From a virus (taxonomy: Duplodnaviria; Caudoviricetes), in IMG/VR virus record IMGVR_UViG_3300030376_006080, positions 1 to 61,723 of that record: a stretch of 61,723 nucleotides of DNA. One strand, 5' to 3'. The notes under the pieces are model-generated. The model searched no databases. It was not told where the DNA came from and was given only the letters and a program-made list of their open reading frames with translations. Shown in pieces: positions 26,911 to 37,759 of the stretch. A program made the position numbers and the translations under genes. Each line of letters begins with the position of its first letter. Within the stretch, counting starts at the first letter, position 1.

Positions 26911-27109
26911 TAAGTTCCGCTGCAAGATGTGTAAGACTAGCGGGAAAAAGAGAAAGATGTATGTTCACCACATTAGAAAGTGGGCTAGCGCCTCTTCTCT
27001 GAGGTTTGATGTCAATAATGGCATAACCTTATGTTATAATTGTCACAAAGAAGTAACAGGCAATGAGGGGCATTACGAAGGTTATTTATTGGGGTTAATA
27101 GATGGCTAA
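26852..27109 (+). CDS. small HNH endonuclease
   Basis: RD.FRCKMC...VHHI...NGITLCYNCH. Confidence 0.85.
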   Translation: MRNYDDPAYKKFRKDVLKRDKFRCKMCKTSGKKRKMYVHHIRKWASASSLRFDVNNGITLCYNCHKEVTGNEGHYEGYLLGLIDG

Positions 27110-27629
27110 AAAAACTATTCCTAAATATACAGTATTACAAGACACCAGAGAGCAAAAGGGTTGGTACTTTGGTGAATATGATAAGTGCGCGGGGATGCAG
27201 AAAGAAACTCTTAAAACTGGAGACTATACACTCAAGGGGTTTGAGGAAATGGTTTGCATTGAGAGAAAGTTCTCTGTAGAAGAAATAGCGAACAATCTAG
27301 GGAAAAAGAAAAAAGCCTTTGATAAAGAGATGCAGAGAATGAAGGACTTCGCGTTTAAGTACATTATCTGTGAATTTTCTATGTCAGACTTAGTAGATTA
27401 CCCGAATTCTATTTTTTCTGATTATATGAAACAAACCAGACCGGCCTATGTTGAGGCACAAATAAAAAAGCGGCGCATAACAGGTAAGTATTTGCTTAGA
27501 TCTTTAATGGAATACCAAAACTGGTATGGCATACATATTCTTTTCTGTGACAACAAAGAAAACGCCTTCTTGGTAGCTAACAGTATTTTTAAGAGGTTGA
27601 ATGAGATGTTCTATGAACCGACCGAATAG
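27102..27629 (+). CDS. ERCC4-domain nuclease
   Basis: DTREQ, L.TGDY, IERK signature. Confidence 0.85.
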   Translation: MAKKTIPKYTVLQDTREQKGWYFGEYDKCAGMQKETLKTGDYTLKGFEEMVCIERKFSVEEIANNLGKKKKAFDKEMQRMKDFAFKYIICEFSMSDLVDYPNSIFSDYMKQTRPAYVEAQIKKRRITGKYLLRSLMEYQNWYGIHILFCDNKENAFLVANSIFKRLNEMFYEPTE

Positions 27630-28272
27630 ATCACAAATATATTCAGCCTTATCAAATTGGCACGACTATGGCTTATTGTCGCAGACAAGAGAAATATTTC
27701 TTGAGTCGGGAGATGATGGGCTAGGATCGAAACATGCTGTAGAGTTTATCAAAAACCTAACAATGCTTGAGTCGCTGAATAATAACCCAATAATTGTTCA
27801 TCAATATAATATTGGCGGAGACCAGAATGCTGGTTTTGCGATATATGATGCAATAAGGGCAAGCAAATCCAAATTCTTATTTTTGTGTTATGGATCGGCA
27901 TCTTCTATGGGTAGTATTATACCGCAAGCAGTCATAGGTAAAGGTCTAAGGGTCACACACCCCCATACAGAGTGGTTAATACATGAAGGGTCTTGCGAGT
28001 CCAGTGGAACAACAAAGCAGTTTATATCGAACGCTGAGGCCCTCAAAAGATCAAAAGAACTAATGTATGACATATATGTTACCGCATGCAAAAAGGGCGT
28101 AGCATTTAAAGGCAAGAAGCCTGTAGAAATAAAAGCAATCTTGAAGCGTCGGCTAAATGTAAAAGAAGACTGGATACTTGATGGTCAGCAGGCTGTCGAG
28201 TATGGGTTTGCTGATATTTTGTTTGGCAAAGGTCAAAACAACTCAATAGAAAATATACTAAAGAGACTGTGA
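27601..28272 (+). CDS. clpP: ClpP-like serine protease
   Basis: GG...GFAIYDAI, GSASSMGS (Ser), LIHEG (His), EDWIL...AVEYGFAD (Asp). Confidence 0.8.
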   Translation: MRCSMNRPNRSQIYSALSNWHDYGLLSQTREIFLESGDDGLGSKHAVEFIKNLTMLESLNNNPIIVHQYNIGGDQNAGFAIYDAIRASKSKFLFLCYGSASSMGSIIPQAVIGKGLRVTHPHTEWLIHEGSCESSGTTKQFISNAEALKRSKELMYDIYVTACKKGVAFKGKKPVEIKAILKRRLNVKEDWILDGQQAVEYGFADILFGKGQNNSIENILKRL

Positions 28273-30266
28273 TGAAAAAAGAAAACATAGAAAAAATGCT
28301 GCAAGATGCATGGCTTGGCATAAGTGTAAAAGAAGAAGATCTATTCAATCCAATTGATTTTATATTCCATGATGGAGACAACGATAGAATATTAGAAAGA
28401 ATTGCTTGGCTTTTTATGCAGCCTGAATATTTTTCTTTCGCATGTAAATATATTTTGAATATTGAAATATCGCCATTCCAATCTCTGTTATTGCAAGAGA
28501 TGTGGAACAAGAAGTTCCCAATGCTTATAGGTAGTCGTGGTATGGGTAAGTCATTTATACTTTCTGTGTACCCTCTCCTTAGAGCTTTGTTTATGCCCAG
28601 AAGAAAGATTATCGTTGTCGGTGCGGCGTTTAGACAGTCTAAAGTTCTTTTTGAGTATATGGACACCATTTGGAAGAATGCGCCCGTTCTGAGGGATCTG
28701 TGCGGCTCTAACAGTGGACCAAGAAGAGATGTCGATAGATGCGTAATGCATATTGGAGATAGTACCATAACATGTTTACCTCTTGGTGATGGAAGTAAGA
28801 TTCGTGGTCAGCGCGCTAACGATATTATAGCTGACGAATTTGCGTCTATACCCCGTGATATATTTGAAAACGTTGTCGCTGGTTTTGCTGCGGTGTCGGC
28901 ATCACCAATAGAAAAGGTCAAGAGTAAAGCCAGTAAAAAGAAAGCCGAAGAGTTAGGGATTATCTATACACCAGAAGCAAGCAATGAGCTTACCGATAAA
29001 TCAAACCAAATTATACTCTCCGGAACAGCATATTACGATTTCAATCATTTTGCCGATTACTGGAAAAGATACAAAGCTATTGTGAATAGCGGAGGAGACA
29101 GATTCAAGCTGCAAGAGGTTTTTGGCGTAGACGTTCCTGAAGACTTTGCTTGGGATGAATACTCCGTAATAAGAATGCCTGTTACGACGTTGCCAGAGGG
29201 ATTCATGGATGAAGGACAGATAGCTAGAGCTAGAGCCACAGTCCACGCAGGTATTTTCCAAATGGAATATGGAGCATGTTTCACAACAGATAGTCAGGGA
29301 TTTTTCAAAAGATCTTTAATAGAAAACTGCGTAGCGTCAGAATCAAACAGCATAAAGATTAATAATGAAGATGTTCATTTTGAAGTAATGCTCAAGGGAG
29401 ACCCAGAGAAAAAATATATCTTTGGAGTTGACCCGGCTTCTGAGGTTGACAATTTTAGTATTGTAGTTCTAGAATTAAATGGCACACACCGTAGAGTGGT
29501 TCATGTATGGACCACAAATAGAAGTCAGCATAGAGAAAAGTTAAAATCGCATATGGTAGACGAGGACGATTTTTATTCATACTGTGCTAGAAAGATACGA
29601 AATCTAATGAAGGTGTTTCCCTGTGCTGAAATAGCTTTAGATGCACAAGGGGGAGGTATAGCTGTAATGGAAGCTCTCCACGATAAAGACAAGGTTAGAG
29701 AGGGAGAGCATAAGATCTGGCCTGTTATAGATTGGGATAAACCTAAAGACACGGACAACGAAGCTGGTCTACACATATTGAAAATGTGTCAGTTTGCGAA
29801 GTACGATTGGCTAGCAGAGGCTAATCACGGCTTGAGAAAAGACTTTGAAGATAAATTAGTCTTGTTTCCTGATTTTGATGCTGTTAGCTTGGGCTTGTCT
29901 GCAGAAGAAGATGGGAGAGAAGGCAGAGTGTATGACACTCTAGAAGACTGTGTTATGGAGATAGAGGAATTAAAGAACGAACTATCCATGATAGTCATGA
30001 CTCAGACCGGAACAGGAAGAGAGAGATGGGATACTCCTGAAGTTAAAGTTGCGGCGGGGAGAAAGAGAAGATTACGCAAAGACCGTTACTCTTCTTTGAT
30101 CATGGCCAACATGTCAGCTAGGCAAATGGCAACAGAGAAAACAGTACAAACGTATGACCATTATGGTGGGTTTGCTAAAAAGTCCAATACTATTGATAAT
30201 AAAGAAGACGGTCCAATGTACAGAGGACCCTCTTGGTTTACTGAAAATATGGACAATATATACTAA
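28269..30266 (+). CDS. terL: terminase large subunit
   Basis: Walker A GSRGMGKS, IRGQRA, Walker B IIADEF, nuclease GVDPA, DAQGGG, KDRYS. Confidence 0.92.
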   Translation: MMKKENIEKMLQDAWLGISVKEEDLFNPIDFIFHDGDNDRILERIAWLFMQPEYFSFACKYILNIEISPFQSLLLQEMWNKKFPMLIGSRGMGKSFILSVYPLLRALFMPRRKIIVVGAAFRQSKVLFEYMDTIWKNAPVLRDLCGSNSGPRRDVDRCVMHIGDSTITCLPLGDGSKIRGQRANDIIADEFASIPRDIFENVVAGFAAVSASPIEKVKSKASKKKAEELGIIYTPEASNELTDKSNQIILSGTAYYDFNHFADYWKRYKAIVNSGGDRFKLQEVFGVDVPEDFAWDEYSVIRMPVTTLPEGFMDEGQIARARATVHAGIFQMEYGACFTTDSQGFFKRSLIENCVASESNSIKINNEDVHFEVMLKGDPEKKYIFGVDPASEVDNFSIVVLELNGTHRRVVHVWTTNRSQHREKLKSHMVDEDDFYSYCARKIRNLMKVFPCAEIALDAQGGGIAVMEALHDKDKVREGEHKIWPVIDWDKPKDTDNEAGLHILKMCQFAKYDWLAEANHGLRKDFEDKLVLFPDFDAVSLGLSAEEDGREGRVYDTLEDCVMEIEELKNELSMIVMTQTGTGRERWDTPEVKVAAGRKRRLRKDRYSSLIMANMSARQMATEKTVQTYDHYGGFAKKSNTIDNKEDGPMYRGPSWFTENMDNIY

Positions 30267-30304
30267 TACTGTGTATATTGTTATGAATACAACTATCAAT
30301 ACTA

Positions 30305-32431
30305 TTGCTTAGAGAGGTAATGCAAATGTCCGACGATCTTTACTTAACATGGTCTGATGATTTAGAGAAAAGCAAGGCCTATCAACAGTCTTCTGACAAT
30401 GTTCATGCCTATGACGGAATACAAAAATCATACGCTTACGACAATAGAACTTTTATAGACGTTGAGTCATCTCGTTCTGTTCGCCCAAGTTTCTATAGAA
30501 ATGACTACAATGCGTTTCGTCCGGGCGAAGCTGTACCTAAACAGCAAAAAAGAATAATGAAGATGTGTATGCAGGCCTACGATAGGGTTGGTATTGTAAG
30601 AAACGTTATCGACCTAATGGGAGACTTTGCTTCTCAAGGCCTCACACTAGTGCATCCCAATAAATCTATCGAAAGATTTTATCGAAAGTGGTTTGAGCAG
30701 GTTGGCGGATTAGATCGCTCCGAAAGATTCTTAAATTATCTTTACAGGTGCGGCAACGTTGTAGCAAAAAGAAGAACGGCAAAGATTAGCAAGAAAAAAG
30801 AAGCCGAGCTAAAAAGAAGTAGCGCTGCTGCAGATATGAAGATAGAAGAAATATCTGTATCGAAACGCGAGATTCCATGGAAGTATGATTTTCTAAACCC
30901 GCTAGCTGTATCGGTAAAGAATAGCGAGACCGCAGCTTTCACAGGCGACCTAGAATATGTGCTCAAAGTATCAAAGACAACAGTCAACTCTCTTTTAATG
31001 TATAATGGTCGAGAGGGTAACAATAAACCTCTCCCAACATCAATGCTTAAAAAGTTTAGTGGAGGGGAAAGAGAAATACCTCTTGATAGAGAAAAAGTAA
31101 TGATGTTCCATTACAAGAAAGACGATTGGAACATGTGGGCAAATCCTATGATCTATGCTATTCTTGATGACATTATTATGCTAGAGAAGATGAAGCTTGC
31201 GGATCTGGCGGCGCTAGACGGAGCAATCTCAAATGTAAGACTCTGGAGGATCGGTGATTTAGACCACAAAATCATTCCTACCAAGGCGGCGATTAACAAA
31301 CTAAGAGATATCTTGGCTAGCAATGTTGGCGGAGGTACAATGGATTTAGTTTGGGGTCCAGAAATTGATTTCAAAGAAAGTAGTACTCAGGTATACAAGT
31401 TCTTAGGCTCAGAGAAATACCAACCAGTTCTTACCAGCGTTTATGCTGGTCTTGGAATCCCACCAACTCTTACCGGCGCGGCAGGAGCGAGTGGAGGATA
31501 TACAAATAATTACGTATCATTAAAAACTCTAATTGAAAGACTAGAGTATGGAAGAGAAGTTCTAAAGCAATTCTGGCAACATGAAATCAAGCTAGTACAA
31601 AAAGCTATGGGATTTAGGTTTCCTGCAGAGATACATTTCGACTCTATTATTCTTTCGGATGAAGCCGCTCAGAAACAGCTATTGGTTCAGCTAGCGGATA
31701 GAGATATCATATCTCATGAGACACTTCTTGAAAGATTCAGAGAATTACCATCTATTGAGAAAATACGAGTGAGAAGAGAAGAAAGAGCTAGAGTTAATGA
31801 TGCCTTATCTCCAAAGAAAGCAGGGCCTTATCATAATCCTCAACATAAAGACGACATCGCCAAGATAGCCCTAACTAAAGATATAATAGATAAAGACATT
31901 TATCTAAACGGATTAGGATTACCTCCGTCAGAAGTTGACGAGATTAATAAGCTTGAAGAAAAATCTCAACAGCCTCCACAAGAAAAAAAGCCTGATTTAG
32001 TAGATCCAAAAGGCGGAAGACCTCTAAATTCTAGAGATACTCGTCCGAGAAAACAGAAAAGAGTTTTGCCTAGATCTGGAGACTCTCTTGCCGTAACTCT
32101 TTGGGCTTATGAGTCACAGAAAACTATTGCCGAGCTTGTTGCTCCAATGGCTTTGAATCACTTTAAGAAAAAGAACGCTAGAAGCCTAACTAAAAACGAA
32201 TTTGACCAACTGGAATATCTTAAGCTTTGCATATTAACAGGTATGGAGCCGTTCATGGATATTGATGAATCTGTAATAAAGTCTATTATAGACACTAATA
32301 CAAAACCGTCAGCCAGTTTCAAAAATAATGTTCAAGAGGCTGTAGCTTCTTTTGTAAAAAACCAAAAACGAAAACCAAACATTGATGAAATGAGGTACAT
32401 CTATGCTTCGACCTTTGCAGCGCTTGCTTAG
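30305..32431 (+). CDS. portal protein
   Basis: 708 aa immediately after TerL; IVRNVIDLMGDF, GLGIPPTL motifs. Confidence 0.8.
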   Translation: MLREVMQMSDDLYLTWSDDLEKSKAYQQSSDNVHAYDGIQKSYAYDNRTFIDVESSRSVRPSFYRNDYNAFRPGEAVPKQQKRIMKMCMQAYDRVGIVRNVIDLMGDFASQGLTLVHPNKSIERFYRKWFEQVGGLDRSERFLNYLYRCGNVVAKRRTAKISKKKEAELKRSSAAADMKIEEISVSKREIPWKYDFLNPLAVSVKNSETAAFTGDLEYVLKVSKTTVNSLLMYNGREGNNKPLPTSMLKKFSGGEREIPLDREKVMMFHYKKDDWNMWANPMIYAILDDIIMLEKMKLADLAALDGAISNVRLWRIGDLDHKIIPTKAAINKLRDILASNVGGGTMDLVWGPEIDFKESSTQVYKFLGSEKYQPVLTSVYAGLGIPPTLTGAAGASGGYTNNYVSLKTLIERLEYGREVLKQFWQHEIKLVQKAMGFRFPAEIHFDSIILSDEAAQKQLLVQLADRDIISHETLLERFRELPSIEKIRVRREERARVNDALSPKKAGPYHNPQHKDDIAKIALTKDIIDKDIYLNGLGLPPSEVDEINKLEEKSQQPPQEKKPDLVDPKGGRPLNSRDTRPRKQKRVLPRSGDSLAVTLWAYESQKTIAELVAPMALNHFKKKNARSLTKNEFDQLEYLKLCILTGMEPFMDIDESVIKSIIDTNTKPSASFKNNVQEAVASFVKNQKRKPNIDEMRYIYASTFAALA

Positions 32432-32495
32432 TTTTAGTGCAAAAAAAGTAATTAATCCGCTTTTTTGTGTATTTAAATCTAAGGAGAATAATAAA

Positions 32496-34031
32496 ATGAA
32501 AGTTTATGCACAAGAAATCGAAGACGGCCTTCAGGATGTTATACAAGATAGTAATACAGTTGCGTATTGCTCGCCTGTTATGTCCAAAGAAGACCTAATC
32601 GAAGCTACTGCATCTGAACTTGAGAGTGATAATAAAGTAGCTCTTTCGTTTATGGGTGCTGAGGCAGAAAACAAAGAACAGATAGACCTGTATTATCTTA
32701 GTTCTGTTTTAGTCAGTACTGGCTGGAATAAGAATGACGACGTTTTTGATGCACAAGAAATGTGGAGCGCTCGTTCAACTCCTGAAGATAAACAGTTCAA
32801 CTATATGCACAATGAGGCTGATATAATTGGCCACATTACTGGAAATTATATTGTTGACTTCGACGGAAACGTAGTGGAGAGCCAAGCAGAATGGGAAGAA
32901 GCTGGCAGTCCTGAAGAATTTAATATAATTACAAACGCTGTTCTCTACAAATCTTGGAGTGACCCATCACTGCGAGAAAGAATGAACACAATAGTAGAGG
33001 AAATAGAAGAAGGAAGTAAGTGGTTTGTGTCCATGGAATGTTTGTTCCCAAACTTTGATTACGCTTTAAAGGATTCACAAGGCGAATTCAAGGTTGTTAA
33101 GAGAGAGGAAGCCTCGGCGTTTTTGTCGAAACATCTTCGAGCTTACGGGGGAACAGGAAAGTATGAGGGTTACACAGTGGGTCGATTATTAAGAAATATA
33201 TCTTTCTCTGGCAAGGGCTTGGTTTCTAAACCTGCTAATCCTCGAAGTGTCATACTTAATGACAACAAAAGTTTTAGTGAAAGTAAAAGTGAATTCATTA
33301 CTGTTTCATCAATAAAGGAGACTGATATGTCCGATGTTTTACAGAAACAGTTGGAAGATCTAAAGGCTGAATTAAGCGAAGCCCGTCTTACCAACGAAAC
33401 TATGAAGCAAGAAATGGAATCTCAAAAGGCCGAAGCAATTGAAGCTCAATTGAAAAAGTTTGAAGAGACCATCTCTGCTAAAGATGAGGCTATTGCCTCG
33501 AAATCAGAAGAAGCCACAGAAGCCTTAGCTAAATTAGCTGAAGTTGAAGAAGCTCTTTCTGTTGCCGAAGTTGCCAAAGAAGAAGCAGTTGCTAAGATTG
33601 CAGAAATCGAAAAAGCAGCAGCTCTTGAAAGAAGAATTGCTTCCCTTAAAGAAGCTGGTATTGAAGAAGAAGAGATTGAAGAAACTCTAGCTCAGTTTGA
33701 AAATCTAGACGACAGCACTTTCGAGTTTGTTGTTGCTAAGATGTTCAAAAAAGCCGAGAAAGAGAATCCTTTTGCAAAGAAGGATAAAAAAGAAGACGAA
33801 GAAGAAGCTCCAGCTGCAATGACTAAAAAAGTCAAAGCCGAAGAAGAACTTCTTGATGAAGAAACTGACGAAGCTGAAGCTAGCGCTGAAGAATTAGAAG
33901 AAGTAGAAGTTCAGGAAGATATCGCAATGGCTGAAGCCTCTGACGATCTTGACCCATCTACGGAATTACGTTCGACTGCAAGTGAATGGTTTGGCTCTCT
34001 TCTTAAAACAACTGCTAACCTTAATAAGTAA
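32496..34031 (+). CDS. prohead protease/scaffold fusion
   Basis: N-terminal NKNDDVF...H...IIGH...VSMEC...FSG.GLV..PA protease-like domain plus acidic coiled-coil C-terminus; start MKVYAQ with AAGGAG SD. Confidence 0.7.
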   Translation: MKVYAQEIEDGLQDVIQDSNTVAYCSPVMSKEDLIEATASELESDNKVALSFMGAEAENKEQIDLYYLSSVLVSTGWNKNDDVFDAQEMWSARSTPEDKQFNYMHNEADIIGHITGNYIVDFDGNVVESQAEWEEAGSPEEFNIITNAVLYKSWSDPSLRERMNTIVEEIEEGSKWFVSMECLFPNFDYALKDSQGEFKVVKREEASAFLSKHLRAYGGTGKYEGYTVGRLLRNISFSGKGLVSKPANPRSVILNDNKSFSESKSEFITVSSIKETDMSDVLQKQLEDLKAELSEARLTNETMKQEMESQKAEAIEAQLKKFEETISAKDEAIASKSEEATEALAKLAEVEEALSVAEVAKEEAVAKIAEIEKAAALERRIASLKEAGIEEEEIEETLAQFENLDDSTFEFVVAKMFKKAEKENPFAKKDKKEDEEEAPAAMTKKVKAEEELLDEETDEAEASAEELEEVEVQEDIAMAEASDDLDPSTELRSTASEWFGSLLKTTANLNK

Positions 34032-34050
34032 TTAAAAGGAGAAAGATATA

Positions 34051-34575
34051 ATGGCTCTTAAATCAGATAGAAATGAAGTGCAAACTGATATTAGCTTCTT
34101 CATGAACGAAGTTGCTACTAGAGGTGGTGTGGTTTCTTTAAGCACTGGTGGTAGTGGTGCAGCAATGGATCAAGGTTCTGCCTTGGTTACTTACGCTGCT
34201 TCAGGAGCACGAGTTGTGCCTATGGGTATTTTGCTTAATGATATGGTTAATCTTGACCTTACCCGTCAACATATTAACCAACACAAAGATGAAATTCAGA
34301 AGGGTGGTAAAGTTACTATTCTTCGTAAGGGATATGTTGTTACTAATGCTATTGAGGGGTCTACAACTAGCCTAGCTGGTAAACCTGCCTTCTTAGCTCA
34401 TAGCGGTAACATGTCACAAAGTGCTATTGCTGCAGGCCAAGGCGGTGCAGATAATGTAACTATTGTTGGACGATTTTTATCTGGCGTAGACGAAGACGGA
34501 TATGCCAAGGTCGAAGTTGATCTACCAAGTGCTCAGGCTTACGTACCATACGGTTCGGGCGCTACAATACTGTAA
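34051..34575 (+). CDS. capsid cement/decoration protein
   Basis: Position between scaffold and MCP; Gly-rich beta pattern ending GRFLS..DEDGYAKV. Confidence 0.6.
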   Translation: MALKSDRNEVQTDISFFMNEVATRGGVVSLSTGGSGAAMDQGSALVTYAASGARVVPMGILLNDMVNLDLTRQHINQHKDEIQKGGKVTILRKGYVVTNAIEGSTTSLAGKPAFLAHSGNMSQSAIAAGQGGADNVTIVGRFLSGVDEDGYAKVEVDLPSAQAYVPYGSGATIL

Positions 34576-34604
34576 ACCACAAACCTCATAAGGAGAATAT
34601 AAAG

Positions 34605-35612
34605 ATGAATATGAAAGAACGTCCTTCTGAAGATTTTATCGCTCTGCTAAAACAATCTGGCAGCTCTGATAAAGCAGTGGCTATTGAAGCTCAGCGAGAA
34701 ATCGCTAAAGCGCTAGAATTGCCACTACGTAAAGGTGTATTATTTGGTGATGTGGTTACTTCTATTTATGAAGCTATGCCTCTTGAACCGGGTGCAACAC
34801 CTGAATTTCCTCTCGACCTACTTGCTCCGGGAACAGAAAATGAGCATGTTGCTTATACTAATCCCGGTCACGGTCGTATTCCAGAACGTAGCGTCGAAGG
34901 CGATTACGTCATGGTTAACACTTACGGAATTACCAGCTCGATTGACTTCTTGCTGAAGTATGCCCGTGAAGCTAACTGGAACGTTATTGCTCGCGCAATG
35001 CAAGTTTTGGAAGCATCATTTGTAAAGAAAATCAATGACGACGGATGGCATACATTGCTAGCCGCTGCTGTTGACAGAAATATCTTGGTATACGATGCTG
35101 ATGCAGCTGCTGGTCAGTTCACTAAGCGTCTTGTATCGCTCATGAAGACTGTTATGAGAAGAAACGGCGGCGGTAATAGTGTTACTGCTAATGGTCGTTT
35201 GACTGACTTGTACATGTCTCCAGAAGCTATCGAGGATATTCGCAACTGGGGTGTTGATCAGCTTGACGAAGTTTCACGTCGTGAAATCTACGTGGCAGCT
35301 GACGATGGTGCCCCTCTTACTCGCCTATTCGGTGTCAACCTACACGACTTGTTCGAGTTTGGCACAAATCAAGAGTATCAAACATACTTTGATGACGATC
35401 TTGGCGGTAGCCTCGGACCTAATGGCGACGTTGAACTTGTTATTGGTATCGACCAAGCAAGCAACGACAGCTTTGTAATGCCTGTTAAGAAAGAAGTTGA
35501 AGTTTATGAAGACGAAGCTCTTCACAGACATCAGCGTCAGGGGTATTACGGTTGGGCCGAAATTGGCTTTGGTGTTCTTGACAATAGACGAGTTATCGCT
35601 GGCTCATTCTAA
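34605..35612 (+). CDS. major capsid protein
   Basis: 335 aa at the end of the head operon, strong SD, followed by a terminator; C-terminal GYYGWAEIGFGVLD. Confidence 0.8.
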   Translation: MNMKERPSEDFIALLKQSGSSDKAVAIEAQREIAKALELPLRKGVLFGDVVTSIYEAMPLEPGATPEFPLDLLAPGTENEHVAYTNPGHGRIPERSVEGDYVMVNTYGITSSIDFLLKYAREANWNVIARAMQVLEASFVKKINDDGWHTLLAAAVDRNILVYDADAAAGQFTKRLVSLMKTVMRRNGGGNSVTANGRLTDLYMSPEAIEDIRNWGVDQLDEVSRREIYVAADDGAPLTRLFGVNLHDLFEFGTNQEYQTYFDDDLGGSLGPNGDVELVIGIDQASNDSFVMPVKKEVEVYEDEALHRHQRQGYYGWAEIGFGVLDNRRVIAGSF

Positions 35613-35632
35613 TTTTAGGCACTATATCCATA

Positions 35633-35669
35633 AGCCGTCTCATTATTTCGATAGTGAGGCGGTTTTTTT
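35633..35669 (+). terminator. intrinsic terminator after MCP
   Basis: GCCGUCUCAUUAU-UUCG-AUAGUGAGGCGGU plus U-tract. Confidence 0.85.
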
Positions 35670-35724
35670 ATGTATTTTGTGTATATAATATAGAGTATAG
35701 TTTACCTACAAATGGAGAATAATT

Positions 35725-36171
35725 ATGGCAGGAATGACAAATAGAGGCAAAAAGATTATATTGTCTATGGCTTTCAGAGCTCAAGACGAACCTACTAATT
35801 TTTATGTTCACCTCCTAACAAGCTCAGCTAGCCTTAGCGATAACACAAACACGTTCAGTGATGTAAGTTCAGCCGAATCTACTGGTGGCAGTTATGGAGA
35901 ATTAACTAAGGCTAGAGGCACAGGCTTCCTTATCGCTGAAGACGATACCAGTAACTTTGGACAAATCACAGTGCCAGACTGCGCATGGACTGCCAGCGGT
36001 TCAGCAATAGCAAATGCTAGATATGCAATTATAACAGATGATGCCGGCGGTAGCGGTGGTCATGCAAGTAACAATGTACTGTGCTACTGGGATTTAGGAA
36101 GCACACAGGCAGTTTCAGATGGAGCAACATTAACCCTTACAGGTTTTAAGATTAAGATCACCGAAAGCTAA
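35725..36171 (+). CDS. virion structural protein (fibre-associated)
   Basis: WTASG...A.YA...L.YWDLG...V.DG.TLT pattern common in phage fibre clusters. Confidence 0.55.
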   Translation: MAGMTNRGKKIILSMAFRAQDEPTNFYVHLLTSSASLSDNTNTFSDVSSAESTGGSYGELTKARGTGFLIAEDDTSNFGQITVPDCAWTASGSAIANARYAIITDDAGGSGGHASNNVLCYWDLGSTQAVSDGATLTLTGFKIKITES

Positions 36172-36187
36172 TTTTGAGGGATAAACT

Positions 36188-37759
36188 ATGACTCAGTACG
36201 CAAGACCAGATTCAGATGTATCAGATGGTTCGTGGGTAAACCAAGCTGGAAGCAACACTAACTTATACCAGAGTATAGACGAGGCTGGAGGAGAGGACGA
36301 CAGTGACTATGTTATCTCTACGGATGACTCTAGCTCATCTGACACTATGGAGGTTGGATTAAGTGATATTACCGACCCTCAAAGTTCTAGCAGTCATATA
36401 GTTAGATACAGAGCAAAGGGTAGCGACCCATCGGGCTCTTATGGTATACCAAGCCTGACGGTATCCCTACGCCAAGGAAGTACGCAAATAGCTACGGCCA
36501 CCAATTCTTCATTAACTACTTCCTTTGCTGATTATAACTTTACTCTAAGTTCATCTGAAGCCAATGCTATCACTGACTATACTGATTTAAGGATTAGGTT
36601 TGTTAGAGCTAGTGGCGGTAGTGCCAGCGAGACTAACCTTGTTTCTGAAGCTTCGTTTGAAACTCCGGACGCTTCAAACAACTATGATTTCAAAGTTGGA
36701 GATAGAGTCAAGGAGACCACTACTACTACTGGAACTGGCACAATTAATCTTGCAGGTGCAGAAGATGGCTACCAAACTTTTGTAGCAGGAGTAGGAGATG
36801 GAAACTATACTTACTATGTTATTGAGAGTGGTAATAATTGGGAAGTTGGTATTGGTCTTGTAACCGACGCGTCTCCAGACACTTTGTCTAGAGCCACAAT
36901 AATTTCCTCAAACAATTCAAATAATGCAATAACTCTAGCTAGCACATCTACTGTTTTTTGTGGTTCGCCCTCAAGGATGGAGGGTGCAGATTACATTGTA
37001 AAAAGCGGAACTTACACGGCTGATGATAATGACTCAACAATTCTTTGTGACACGTCTTCTGCTTGGACTTTGACCTTGCCTACTGCAGGAGCAACGTATT
37101 TGGGTCTTAGATACTTGATCAAAAAGATGACGAATGACGCAAACGCCCTGACGATTTCTTCTGGCGGAAGTGATTTTGTAAGCGAAGGAGGATCGCTTGC
37201 TTCTACAATGAAGTTATTCCTGTATGGCGATTTCGTCGAGCTGCAGTGCATGAGAAATCCTAGCAGCGCCAATGACTATATATGGGCAGAGGTAGGCAAG
37301 GGGATTAAACCTCATGTTGCTACGATCACTCAAACTAGTCAGCAAACAATATCAAATAAAACTTTAACACAAGTGACTTTTGACGAAGATACTATTGAGC
37401 GAGGCGCTGATGCAGACCATAGCAATAATAAGATAGTAATTAAAAGAGCTGGTCTTTACAGAATAACTGGGTATATCATATATGTTAGCTTGGACAATTG
37501 CTGTTCGGGCGCGGTTGTTATGATTGGAATAACACCGGACGGAGGTGCTCTTGATTATTATAAAGTTGGGACTGCGGCTAACTGGTCACTAAGCTCTGAT
37601 TATGACAAGAGGCCTGCTCCACAAACAAGCTTTATAAGGGAGTGTGCTGTCGATGATGTTATTACATTATATACCTACCAAGATGACGGAAGTAGTGAAG
37701 CGACTCTCGTTGCAAACAATGGTGGAAAACCGTTTTTAGAAGTTGAGGAGATTAGATAA
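36188..37759 (+). CDS. multi-domain fibre protein with C-terminal C1q/TNF-like domain
   Basis: DRVKETTTTTGTG...WEVGIG module; C-terminal V.FD...KIVIKRAGLYRITG...DVITL. Confidence 0.6.
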   Translation: MTQYARPDSDVSDGSWVNQAGSNTNLYQSIDEAGGEDDSDYVISTDDSSSSDTMEVGLSDITDPQSSSSHIVRYRAKGSDPSGSYGIPSLTVSLRQGSTQIATATNSSLTTSFADYNFTLSSSEANAITDYTDLRIRFVRASGGSASETNLVSEASFETPDASNNYDFKVGDRVKETTTTTGTGTINLAGAEDGYQTFVAGVGDGNYTYYVIESGNNWEVGIGLVTDASPDTLSRATIISSNNSNNAITLASTSTVFCGSPSRMEGADYIVKSGTYTADDNDSTILCDTSSAWTLTLPTAGATYLGLRYLIKKMTNDANALTISSGGSDFVSEGGSLASTMKLFLYGDFVELQCMRNPSSANDYIWAEVGKGIKPHVATITQTSQQTISNKTLTQVTFDEDTIERGADADHSNNKIVIKRAGLYRITGYIIYVSLDNCCSGAVVMIGITPDGGALDYYKVGTAANWSLSSDYDKRPAPQTSFIRECAVDDVITLYTYQDDGSSEATLVANNGGKPFLEVEEIR

